Source: Trichodesmium erythraeum IMS101
Lineage (GTDB): Bacteria > Cyanobacteriota > Cyanobacteriia > Cyanobacteriales > Microcoleaceae
DNA: 32,000 nucleotides
NCBI RefSeq assembly: GCF_000014265.1
Contig: NC_008312.1
Coordinates: 1,050,001-1,082,000 of the forward strand
Direction: 5' to 3'
Below are positions 10,058 through 18,645 of this stretch, piece by piece; position 1 is the stretch's first letter; the number at the start of each line of letters is the position of its first letter. The notes under the pieces were generated by a model that was given only the letters and a program-made list of their open reading frames with translations, was not told the DNA's origin and made no database searches. Both the position numbers and the translations under genes were made by a program.

Positions 10058-10927
10058 ATGATAAGTCGAGAGATAGGGAATAAAAGGGAAAAAGTATAAA
10101 ATCTCCAGAGTGCTAATCCCAACATATTCGTAAAAATGCTAAGAAACGCGAGAAGCAAAATCACATTTGTGTCAATACTCTTAAAAGAGGCTTTTTCTCT
10201 TTTTTGTACTTTTTTGCAGAAAAAACTGTTCTGGCGGTGTGTTCAATCATTTCAAATTATAGTTAAATAAAAGATAATAATAAAAAGTTATTTTGAGTTT
10301 TTTATTGAATAAAAAATCAACTATTTTCAGGTTGATGCAGTTAGATAATGCAAACGTCATCAATCATTACCCAAGTATTAGTTTATGGAGCTTATATATC
10401 AGCACAAGTGTTATGAAAAAGCTATCCAGCTAGGGGTAAAACGACGATTGAGCAACGAAAAGATGCAGTCTAACATGGTAGCATGGGAACAATAAAGAAA
10501 CTCCCTATTGTAGAGATGAAAACTTGAGGCGGTTCTGGCAAGCTGGATGAACATAAATGTAAACGTAAAAGTAATTGCTATTGATGCCTTAACTTTAGTA
10601 TAGTTTGATTTGTTATCAAGCTTATAATATTTCCAGACGTTAGCAAGGGTGAGTACCGAAGTGTTGGCGGAGCAAGTCTGATAGCTGTATTGCTCTGAGA
10701 TAAATCCTTACGAATAAATTGAATGAAACTTTGAGTTGTCAATAATAAATTTATTTAGTCCGGGTGAGCGAGTTGCACCTCAGAAAGTGCCAACCTTTCA
10801 GAATCAGCGTTCGTATCATTTTTTTTCTAAATGATAAAAAAAAGAGAGCAAATAGCCAATTAATTCAAAGGATAGGCGATCGCAAACATTCAGAATACAA
10901 ATGCCCACCCCTTATTTAAACTTGGTC

Positions 10928-12169
10928 TTAGCTGTTATTTCTATTGCGAAAGCCCCAAGCCATTTCCAAAAGTTTAGCCCAATGCTTCTGTAACTTTTTA
11001 GGAGTACATTTGATAGCAGTAGCAATCGCTTTTTCATCTTCACCTTTTCGCTTAAGTTGTAAAATTTGCTGCTCCTCAGTTGAAAGTGTAACTAAGAAAG
11101 CATCCCATTGCTCAGTAGTCATACCTAATTTTTGGTCGATATCAGCACCTAACCACTGATGCACTAGCTGCCAATTTTGAGAACGAGCAAACTTTTCCAC
11201 ATGATACTTAAAACGCTGCTGTAAATAATCCCGTTGGCGAGAAGTTATACCCAACTTTTGATCAATATCAGATGCTTGATAATCTTGTAGTCTTAAGCGC
11301 AGATAATCAATACATTGCTCTTGACCAGCCGCGCTCAAGTAATTAATCAATTCAGAAACCACGCGATCGCGTAATACAGCTTCAGCGGGGTCAACAGTTT
11401 CAGAAACCATTTGTTCTCTAACTTGTTGTACTGCATAAGAACGACTAAAACTTTCTGCCTCTTCACCTTTGGGAGACTCAACCGCCATTTCAATATCAAG
11501 AGCAGTTTCAGGAGGTTGACCTTTTGCAAAACCCTGCGCTCTGAGCACAATTAATCTCTGACGATTTCTACCAGGCAAACCGATTTGACGTTTAGCATAC
11601 TGCTCAGTAAACGCCATATACTCTGCCAATTCTAACTTAAATTTAGGAGTATAATCTTGCTCTAGAACGTGTTCTCTGCGGAAAGCTCGTAGAGACTCAA
11701 TATAAAACCCTTGTAAAAAATCCTCAATTAGGTTATAGCGACCTTGGAAATTTAACTGTGTTGCCAAAGAAGCAATATGACGATAAACTATAGAAGCTAA
11801 CAGAGAGTGTAATTCTACTCGACCTTGTTTAGAACCGAGTTTGTAATATTGTAAGCACTTTTGCCAGCGATGACGGGCTAAACTAAGTTGCCAAGAACGA
11901 ACTTCACCAGAATTTTGAATCCGATGACTTTTAAAGCAAACTCGTTCTACTTCTTTAGCTATACGTAAAGCAACAGTTTCAGCCTTTGCCGGTTTAGTTT
12001 TGGCAGCGCCTTGCAATTCTTTTAAGACTACAGCAGCTAAAGTTTCAACATCCATTGCGAGTAAATTATTTGCTGTAGTTTGATCTTCAACTTGGATATT
12101 ACTAACTTCTAGAGCAGTAGTAGAGTTGTTGGTTAGGGAGTTAAAAGAGTAAGTAGTCTTAAGAGTCAT
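10928..12169 (-). CDS. hetZ: HetZ-like regulator (heterocyst/filament-differentiation-associated protein family)
   Basis: 413-aa ORF with normal codon usage and an internal HIP1 site. The C-terminal part has repeated HTH-like modules (DIDQKLGITSRQRDYLQQRF and DIDQKLGMTTEQWDAFL) and a sigma-region-4-like tail (EEQQILQLKRKGEDEKAIATAIKCTPKKLQKHW). The assignment to HetZ rests on my recollection of the family, not on an alignment. Confidence 0.55.
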   Translation of the reverse strand: MTLKTTYSFNSLTNNSTTALEVSNIQVEDQTTANNLLAMDVETLAAVVLKELQGAAKTKPAKAETVALRIAKEVERVCFKSHRIQNSGEVRSWQLSLARHRWQKCLQYYKLGSKQGRVELHSLLASIVYRHIASLATQLNFQGRYNLIEDFLQGFYIESLRAFRREHVLEQDYTPKFKLELAEYMAFTEQYAKRQIGLPGRNRQRLIVLRAQGFAKGQPPETALDIEMAVESPKGEEAESFSRSYAVQQVREQMVSETVDPAEAVLRDRVVSELINYLSAAGQEQCIDYLRLRLQDYQASDIDQKLGITSRQRDYLQQRFKYHVEKFARSQNWQLVHQWLGADIDQKLGMTTEQWDAFLVTLSTEEQQILQLKRKGEDEKAIATAIKCTPKKLQKHWAKLLEMAWGFRNRNNS

Positions 12170-12798
12170 TTTATTTTATCTTTTGAAAAAGCAACCTAAG
12201 TTTACAAAATAGTAGAGTTTTTGATATTGATTGAAATCTATGTGATTTGTTCCTTGCCTCTACATTTATAACTATAGGAAAGCTCACCCAACTATTTCCA
12301 AAGGAAAGTTCCACTTTTATAATGTGGTTTTATTACTCATAATGAATTCTTGAAGTTCACGATCAGAAATATATTTTCCGGATTCATGTCAAAAGCCTGT
12401 GAAAGGTTTATATAGATTGAAAATAAAAGCTTTATTCATCAAACCGAGTCAATTAGAGCAACTGTGACAATTATTCAATTGACAGTAACACCTGTGTATC
12501 TGTTAGAGAGGTGGCATATATAACGCTATGGATAAGTCAGAAATCAGAAGTTAGAAGTAATTTATGACTGAGTTTCAACACTTAGCAATATTAGACCACT
12601 CCAGAAATACCAATTTTAGAACAGCGGAGTAAAGGCCTGATTACCTTTTCTGGAGATATCTATTAAGATGCTATGGAACGATAGTGCTACAACTAAGTGC
12701 TTCATTAAACTATTGTAAAACATTATTGGTTATGATCTTTGTAACATTTACTTCCTCTTTCTACGTAAGATTTGGTAGTAATATCTCTACAGGCATTC

Positions 12799-12858
12799 AC
12801 GGGTCTTGCCTCAGATTAGTAGGAAAAACAATAGTCAGGGCAGTAAACCCGGTTTTTT
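12799..12858 (+). terminator. Candidate intrinsic terminator with no upstream + strand ORF
   Basis: The left arm cgggt-cttgcc (12800-12810) pairs imperfectly with the right arm ggcag-taa-acccg (12839-12851). The hairpin is followed by gTTTTTTg (12853-12858). Both flanking genes are on the minus strand. Confidence 0.3.
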
Positions 12859-13222
12859 GTTAGGTTTTGTAATACTAATTATTATACAATATTTTTGAAA
12901 CTTAAGTCATACTTAAATTATTGAGTAATTAACATAGGCATAACAACCTTTTGGATAATTATTGACCAGGAGTATCTCAATTATTCTTGTGTTATATAGG
13001 CATTGTATAGAACGTTCCTAGTCTTCCACTATTGGGGCTAGGAGTGAGTCCCCTTACTCAAATTGCAAGTAAAAAACTTTTTGAGAAATGCTATAAGCCC
13101 TCAAAAAGCAAATACAGTATCTGATCGTACATCATAAGTACAAGTTGTGAATAGTAAAACTCTTATGGTGTAGGAACATTGCCTACTAAATGTTAACCCT
13201 TCCAGCAGTGAGAATTGCTGTA

Positions 13223-13879
13223 TTAACTAATCAGAGATATTACAGCCTCAACTCCAAGACCTTGACGAATCAGATTTGGCTGATGGCCAGTTAAGTCAAG
13301 GATAGTTGATACTTGATATATTGAGTCAGAACCATCATCTACAATTATATCCACAAGATTTTCTAGACAATCAAACAACTCTGCTTTACCCGTGACTACT
13401 TCTACCTTTATTGGAGCTATTCCTTCTGCATCACTGGTAATGTTAGCTGATGTGGAAATAATAGGATTGTCTAAGGCCTTTAATAAGGTCAAGCAAACTT
13501 GATTATTAGGAACCCGAATACCGGTTGTTTTACGTTTTGGACTCATAACCAGACGTGGGACTAACTTGGTTGCAGGCAGCACAAATGTGTAAGGGCCAGG
13601 AATTAGACGTTTAATAATCCGGTAGGCTGAGTCATTCACCACAGCATAATTGGCAATGTTGGACAAAGAGGAACAGAGGAATGTCAGAGGCTTATCATTA
13701 GACAATTGCTTAATTTGTCTAACTTTTTCTACAGCAGATTTAACATAGAGGTCACAACCTATTGCGTAAACAGTATCTGTGGGATAAAGCATTACTGCCC
13801 CATCTTTAAGATCATTGATAATTTTTTCTACACGTCTATTTTGGGGAGTATCAGGATGAAGTTCGTAAAAAGTTGCCAT
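13223..13879 (-). CDS. tsaC: L-threonylcarbamoyladenylate synthase (TsaC/YrdC/Sua5 family, short form)
   Basis: 218 aa. VMLYPTDTVYAIGCDL, KQLSNDKPLTFLC, LIPGPYTFVL, TTGIRVPN and PIISTSAN are the characteristic YrdC-domain motifs. Confidence 0.9.
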   Translation of the reverse strand: MATFYELHPDTPQNRRVEKIINDLKDGAVMLYPTDTVYAIGCDLYVKSAVEKVRQIKQLSNDKPLTFLCSSLSNIANYAVVNDSAYRIIKRLIPGPYTFVLPATKLVPRLVMSPKRKTTGIRVPNNQVCLTLLKALDNPIISTSANITSDAEGIAPIKVEVVTGKAELFDCLENLVDIIVDDGSDSIYQVSTILDLTGHQPNLIRQGLGVEAVISLIS

Positions 13880-13892
13880 TTTTTTTAGCCAA

Positions 13893-13919
13893 AAGTTATT
13901 TCAGTTATCAGTTATCAGT
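13893..13919. repeat. Heptamer tandem repeat (CAGTTAT-type, STRR-like)
   Basis: aagttatt tcagttat cagttat cagt lies immediately upstream of the tsaC start codon (13879). Confidence 0.7.
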
Positions 13920-14006
13920 ACCAACCATTAAAACCTTATGCTTGAAATACTGAATCGAATATTTTCTTCATCCCCTTAAAAAAGGCAGAGACCTTATTTT
14001 TTAATC

Positions 14007-14044
14007 AAAAGTTAAAAGTTAAAAGTTAAAAGTTAAAAGTTAAA
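14007..14044. repeat. Perfect heptamer tandem repeat, (AAAAGTT)x5 plus a partial unit
   Basis: Five exact units at 14007-14041 plus aaa, in the divergent tsaC/larC spacer. Confidence 0.95.
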
Positions 14045-14178
14045 TTGAAACTATTATCTTTGGGTAGTCCTAAAATATTAAGGATAAAGGCTCTCCTTAT
14101 TATAAGAAGATTCTAGTATTTTTTTGCCTCCTAATTCAGTAGGAGTTACTCATAACTGATAACTAAGTTCCCTAATTT

Positions 14179-15519
14179 ATGAACAAAATAGCTTATTTTG
14201 AATGTCCCACTGGTATTGCAGGCGATATGTGTCTGGGTGCTTTAGTCCATGTTGGTGTTCCTCTAAACTATCTAATAGAAAAACTAAATCTGTTGGGTAT
14301 TTCTCAAGAATATCAGTTAAGTGCTGAGAAAGTCCATCGTAATGGTTTAGTTGCTACAAAATTTCATGTTAGACTTATTCATGCAAATCCTGAAGACGGG
14401 GAACCTCTGACTTTTGATCATCACCATGACCATCATCACACTCATAATTTAGAAAATAAATCTAGCACAAAAAAACATCATCATACTCATCACCGCCATT
14501 TGCCAGAAATTGAAGCATTAATCAAAAAAGCAGGGTTGCCCCAACGTGCTGAAGATTGGAGTTTAAAAGTGTTTCGTAAGTTAGCAGAAGCAGAGGGGGC
14601 TGTACATGGTATTGCCCCAAAGCAAGTACATTTTCACGAAGTGGGGGCAACTGATGCAATTATTGATATTGTAGGAACTTGTTTGGGGTTAGATTGGTTG
14701 GACATTGACTTACTGTATTGTTCACCTCTGCCTATTGGTGGAGGAACTGTTAAAGCAGCTCATGGTCGATTACCTGTACCTGTACCAGCAGTGCTCAAAC
14801 TTTGGGAGTTGCATAATGTTCCGATTTATAGTAATGGTTTGGAAAAAGAATTGTGTACTCCTACAGGTAGCGCGATCGCTTGTACTTTTGCTAGTAGTTT
14901 TGGTCCACCACCGCCAATGTTTTTGGAACGAGTAGGTTTGGGAGCAGGTTCCCAGAATTTAGCTATTCCTAATATTCTTCGCTTATGGATCGGTGAAGGA
15001 AAAGCTAGTACTCAAAATTTTCAAATTACAAAATCTGATGCTCCCACTTCTCAAGATATTCACCTAGAAACTGTGTCAGTGTTGGAAACTCAAATAGATG
15101 ATTGTTCTCCTCAAACTATCGCTTATACTTTTGATGCTCTGTTTGCTGCGGGAGCCTTGGATGTTTTTAGTCAGCCTGTAACTATGAAGAAATCTCGTTT
15201 GGGAGTTTTACTAACTGTTATTTGTACACCAGAAAAGTTGTCTGCTTGTGAAGAAGTAATATTTCAAGAGACTACGACTTTGGGTATTCGTTGCTCTATT
15301 CAACAACGGAGTATTTTGAAGCGAGAAATTCATCAGGTGCAAACAGAATATGGAGCCATCCGACTAAAAGTAGCAAAGAAGGGGGAGAAAATTGTGAATG
15401 TACAACCGGAATATGAAGATTGTGCTGCATTAGCTAGACAGGAAAATATGCCTTTGATAGAAGTACATAAAATGGTATTGCAGAGTTGGCAATTGCACTA
15501 CTCAGAAGGTTTGAAATAA
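14179..15519 (+). CDS. larC: LarC-family nickel insertion protein (DUF111/UPF0272; nickel-pincer cofactor biosynthesis)
   Basis: 446 aa. It has the N-terminal motif YFECPTGIAGDMCLGALVHVGVP, the HFHEVGATDAIIDIVG motif, and a His-rich stretch FDHHHDHHHTHNLENKSSTKKHHHTHHRH (nt 14413-14499). Confidence 0.9.
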   Translation: MNKIAYFECPTGIAGDMCLGALVHVGVPLNYLIEKLNLLGISQEYQLSAEKVHRNGLVATKFHVRLIHANPEDGEPLTFDHHHDHHHTHNLENKSSTKKHHHTHHRHLPEIEALIKKAGLPQRAEDWSLKVFRKLAEAEGAVHGIAPKQVHFHEVGATDAIIDIVGTCLGLDWLDIDLLYCSPLPIGGGTVKAAHGRLPVPVPAVLKLWELHNVPIYSNGLEKELCTPTGSAIACTFASSFGPPPPMFLERVGLGAGSQNLAIPNILRLWIGEGKASTQNFQITKSDAPTSQDIHLETVSVLETQIDDCSPQTIAYTFDALFAAGALDVFSQPVTMKKSRLGVLLTVICTPEKLSACEEVIFQETTTLGIRCSIQQRSILKREIHQVQTEYGAIRLKVAKKGEKIVNVQPEYEDCAALARQENMPLIEVHKMVLQSWQLHYSEGLK

Positions 15520-16226
15520 AATCCACCTGAGACCCTAGGGTTCCAGGTTAGAAGTAATAGTTAATCCCTGATTAGGTTTGAGGATTTATAAATTTCTGCG
15601 CCCTGTTTACATAGTCTTATACCAATTTAATTGATAATATCTAAAGTCCATATTTCTGTAGATATAGTGATGTTTACAATAGTGTCAACTACAAAAATTA
15701 CTATTTATACACAACTAGTACACAATTAGTCTGACTACAAAATAATATTTATGAATCTAAATAAGTATTTAGGTTCATATTTTTAATTGTATCACATTTT
15801 AAGCAATTTTTGTGATTATTTTTGATATTTATAAGGCAAAAAAATATAGTTTAATTGCTATTTTTAGGTGAATTAAATAGCAGAATATTTTTTTTTAATG
15901 TATATCAATAAGAAAAATATTTAATGATTTTTTTAATGATTATTTGACTAATAACAAAAAAAATAATCTGACAAATAATTGAAAAAAAAGTATGATATTT
16001 TCATGCTATTTTTCTTGTATTAAAAATTAATTTTTAAGTCAATATAATAATCTTTAAACTATTTATTTTTATCCCTGAGTATTCGACTCCTAAATCAATA
16101 GTGTTTAAATCTTCATTGCCAGCTAAGGTTGATTTTCTTAGTCTTAAATATAAGTTTTGATGCTATTAGTAACATATTTTATTTTAAATTACTGTTATGC
16201 TGAAAACATATTTTGAGATGTCTAAT

Positions 16227-16298
16227 AGGTTTTCCTAGCCCTAGTATTTTGAGGTATTTACATATTAAAAATTCACTCAAAATAAAATAAATTATGAA
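16227..16298 (+). repeat. Copy 1 of a duplicated leader-plus-start-codon module
   Basis: aggttttcctagccctagtattttgaggtatttacatattaaaaattcactcaaaataaaataaattatgaa aligns with 16358-16437 up to and including the ATGAA. Here the ATG (16294) opens only a 41-codon ORF that reads through copy 2 and stops at 16417-16419. Confidence 0.8.
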
Positions 16299-16357
16299 GA
16301 GAATATCACTATTTAAATTTAGTGACTATACTAAAAATATATTTGTAGACGTAGAAG

Positions 16358-16437
16358 AGGTTTTCCTAACCCTAGTATTTTTAGGCATTTACATACTAGA
16401 ACAAAAATTATTCACTTAAAATAGAATAAATCATGAA
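16358..16437 (+). repeat. Copy 2 of the duplicated leader-plus-start-codon module (functional copy in front of the 117-aa gene)
   Basis: aggttttcctaaccctagtatttttaggcatttacatactagaacaaaaattattcacttaaaatagaataaatcatgaa. Its ATG at 16433 starts the 117-aa ORF. Confidence 0.8.
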
Positions 16438-16786
16438 CATAATTATTGCTATATTGGGTATTAGTACACTCTTACTCTCTTTTACCCATGTTGCGAAAGC
16501 ACAATTAAATAGTCTTCCTCCTGAAGCAACTGTATCCGGAGACTCTCTAAAAACAGTAGAAGGTAGATCAATTACTAATGATAATTATCGCAGATATATT
16601 GATGAATCAGAATCTAATGGAATTAAACCCTATGAACTGCGTCGTCAACAGGAAGATATAGAAGTTATACCAGGGGTATCTATTCCTAAAAAACAGGATA
16701 AACCTAAATTAGGAAGTCCTTTCGAAGAAAGTGCTGTAGACGGGGAAAAATCTGTAAAAGGATTCAAATTGAAATTAGGAATTTAG
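16433..16786 (+). CDS. Small secreted hypothetical protein
   Basis: 117 aa with a Sec-type signal peptide (MNIIIAILGISTLLLSFTHVAKA|Q) and a hydrophilic, charged mature part. Confidence 0.6.
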   Translation: MNIIIAILGISTLLLSFTHVAKAQLNSLPPEATVSGDSLKTVEGRSITNDNYRRYIDESESNGIKPYELRRQQEDIEVIPGVSIPKKQDKPKLGSPFEESAVDGEKSVKGFKLKLGI

Positions 16787-17189
16787 AAGTTGTTGATGCC
16801 TACAAAGTTTGGGAAATACCTTGGAAATTATAGATTTCAGAAAAAATGGCATATCTATTGAGGGGCTAATAATAATCAGTTCCTCATTTTTGATTAGATT
16901 GAAATAATAATAAATATAGCGTTGTACTCTCAAGTCTTTAAATCTTAAGGCTCACAGTGCAATTATTAAAAGGTATAATCTTTGATTTGAGCCATCATTG
17001 CAGGATTATCTCAAGAAAAAGGTACTTATTTAAGCTTACCATTTTCATTAATCTCAGACTCATTCCCTCTGCAACTTCTTGCTTACTATTCAGCAAGTAC
17101 ACAAAATTAATTACACACTTTTTCAGCCCTGAATACTTTATGCTGCAGGTGAAAAAATAAGTGTAATGGTGCTTAAGCGAAGCAATTCA

Positions 17190-17384
17190 TTAAACACTGG
17201 CCGTTTGTAGCCAATCAAATATTTGGTCTAATTGTTTCAATGTTACGAGACCATATTGCCAAAGTATCATGGGCAATTGATTACAGCCTTCTTCCTGATG
17301 CCGTAAAGCAGTAGCGATCGCAGACTCTGAGATGGACAGCTCCCACTTCAAAAAATTGATTAATTGGGCTTGTTTTTTAGACAT
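17190..17384 (-). CDS. Small conserved cyanobacterial protein (DUF2949-like)
   Basis: 64 aa. LINFLKWELSISESAIATALRHQEE...LPMILWQYGLVTLKQLDQIFDWL matches my recollection of the DUF2949 signature (LPMILWQYGL...LD.IFDWL). It contains a HIP1 site at 17314-17321. Confidence 0.7.
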   Translation of the reverse strand: MSKKQAQLINFLKWELSISESAIATALRHQEEGCNQLPMILWQYGLVTLKQLDQIFDWLQTASV

Positions 17385-18069
17385 AATTAAAAGTTGTTTT
17401 CAGTAGTACCTTAAAAAAATCTCAAATAAATATTATTTTCTTATAACTACATCTAGTATGAATAGTATAAATTACTATTCAGTAAGTCTTAGTAACTAAG
17501 ATCTTTGATTCCTATGAGATATTTCAGTTATTTTCAATGATTCAAATCACAATTTTATTGTATAGAAAACTCAATTCTCGTAGTGTTGAGTGTCAATTTT
17601 CTATTAATTTTTTTGACTCAACCTTGAAACATTTGAATATTTCAGGGTTGTTATTAATTTAATGATTTAGCAGAGGTATAGATAGAGCATAGGCTTTTTG
17701 ATAAGTAGTTAATATATTTTTTTCATGTTTCAAATCTCAATTTATTAACTTTAAAACAATCAACTTTAGTTTTTCTAGGCTGTCGCTGTAACAGTAGATA
17801 AGATACTGTTAGCTTAGTTTTTCCTCTAGAAGACTAACGGATAACTGATAAGTTAAGTAACTGAATTAAAGTTCCGTGGTAACTTTTAGTAGGGTGATGG
17901 TTGAGGAATTTTATAAGTTTATTACAGGAAACTATAATTACATCACCCTTAGCTATACTACCCTTATAAGCAGCAACACTTTTGATTACTAAATTTATAC
18001 TAGACTAATACAGTAAATATTTACAGATAGAGACATTTAATAAATTGGGAATCAAAATCTGTTTGGGAG

Positions 18070-18591
18070 CTACTTTCTGGATCTAGAAAGATGGTTTAAT
18101 TCTGACTCCGCACAACTGAATGCTTGATCAAGGATAACACGAGCTTTTTGTGCTTTATCTCTTGCTTCCCTGTAACGTAAATTAGCTACAGCAAAAGTTT
18201 TTAGTATCTTAAAACCATCCCTAAGGTTAGCAATTTCCTCAACTGTTACAGTTTCATCTGTAAATAGTACCTCAATTGCAGACAGAATCTTTAATGCTTC
18301 TTCTCGAGATTCTACAACTTTAATCTTAAGTGCAGCAAAATCACTAAGCGTCTGTACTGCTTGAGCAACAGCATCTTCCTCCTCAGAAATAATCTCTTTG
18401 GTTACTTCTTTTGATTCTTTGACCTCAATAAACTGTTCCGGACTAAATCCATTTTCTAACTCTGTTGGTATTTCACCAGAGTCCATCATTTCTACAAGCT
18501 TATCCATAGCTTTTTGACGGGCCCTGTCTGAATCTTTACCCCTAACAGTTATGATTGTATCTGGATTTTGAGCCAAGGTATAACTAACCAT
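18070..18591 (-). CDS. Acidic, predicted all-helical hypothetical protein
   Basis: The track ORF 18070..18642 begins at a non-ATG codon. The first ATG, at 18591, gives MVSYTLAQNPDTIITVRGKDSDRARQKAMDKL..., 173 aa. I recognise no motif. Confidence 0.55.
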   Translation of the reverse strand: MVSYTLAQNPDTIITVRGKDSDRARQKAMDKLVEMMDSGEIPTELENGFSPEQFIEVKESKEVTKEIISEEEDAVAQAVQTLSDFAALKIKVVESREEALKILSAIEVLFTDETVTVEEIANLRDGFKILKTFAVANLRYREARDKAQKARVILDQAFSCAESELNHLSRSRK

Positions 18592-18645
18592 AATCTGACT
18601 AAATGTAAACGTAATGGTATAAACATAATTAATATACAGCAAAAT

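Noticed and set aside
10944-11550. ORFs 10944..11159 (+) and 11347..11550 (-) inside hetZ
   Set aside because: These are antisense or alternative-frame ORFs nested in the 413-aa CDS. I see no independent support for them.
12377-12382. TCCGGA (DIF1-type -35 motif of heterocyst-specific promoters) ~210 nt upstream of the hetZ start
   Set aside because: The hexamer also occurs inside coding regions in this window (for example near 16545 and 20461), so it is not rare. The sequence 17 nt downstream on the hetZ strand (tgaact) is a poor -10. This is not supportable without TSS data.
13034-13053. GGGG-N12-CCCC element as a possible HetR-binding palindrome or tsaC terminator
   Set aside because: The spacing and flanks do not fit the published HetR site (GAGGGG-N5-CCCCTC). 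Only 4 bp pair cleanly and there is no U-run, so it is not a convincing terminator. The GGGGG-aagatg-CCCCC hairpin at 19968-19983 also has the wrong spacing for HetR.
13706-14935. ORFs 13706..13888 (+) and 14705..14935 (+)
   Set aside because: The first is antisense within tsaC. The second is an alternative frame within larC. Both host genes have strong family motifs.
16957-17160. 67-aa + strand ORF starting with GTG
   Set aside because: It has a non-ATG start, a hydrophobic and basic low-complexity sequence, and no recognisable motif. It lies in an AT-rich spacer convergent with the DUF2949-like gene.
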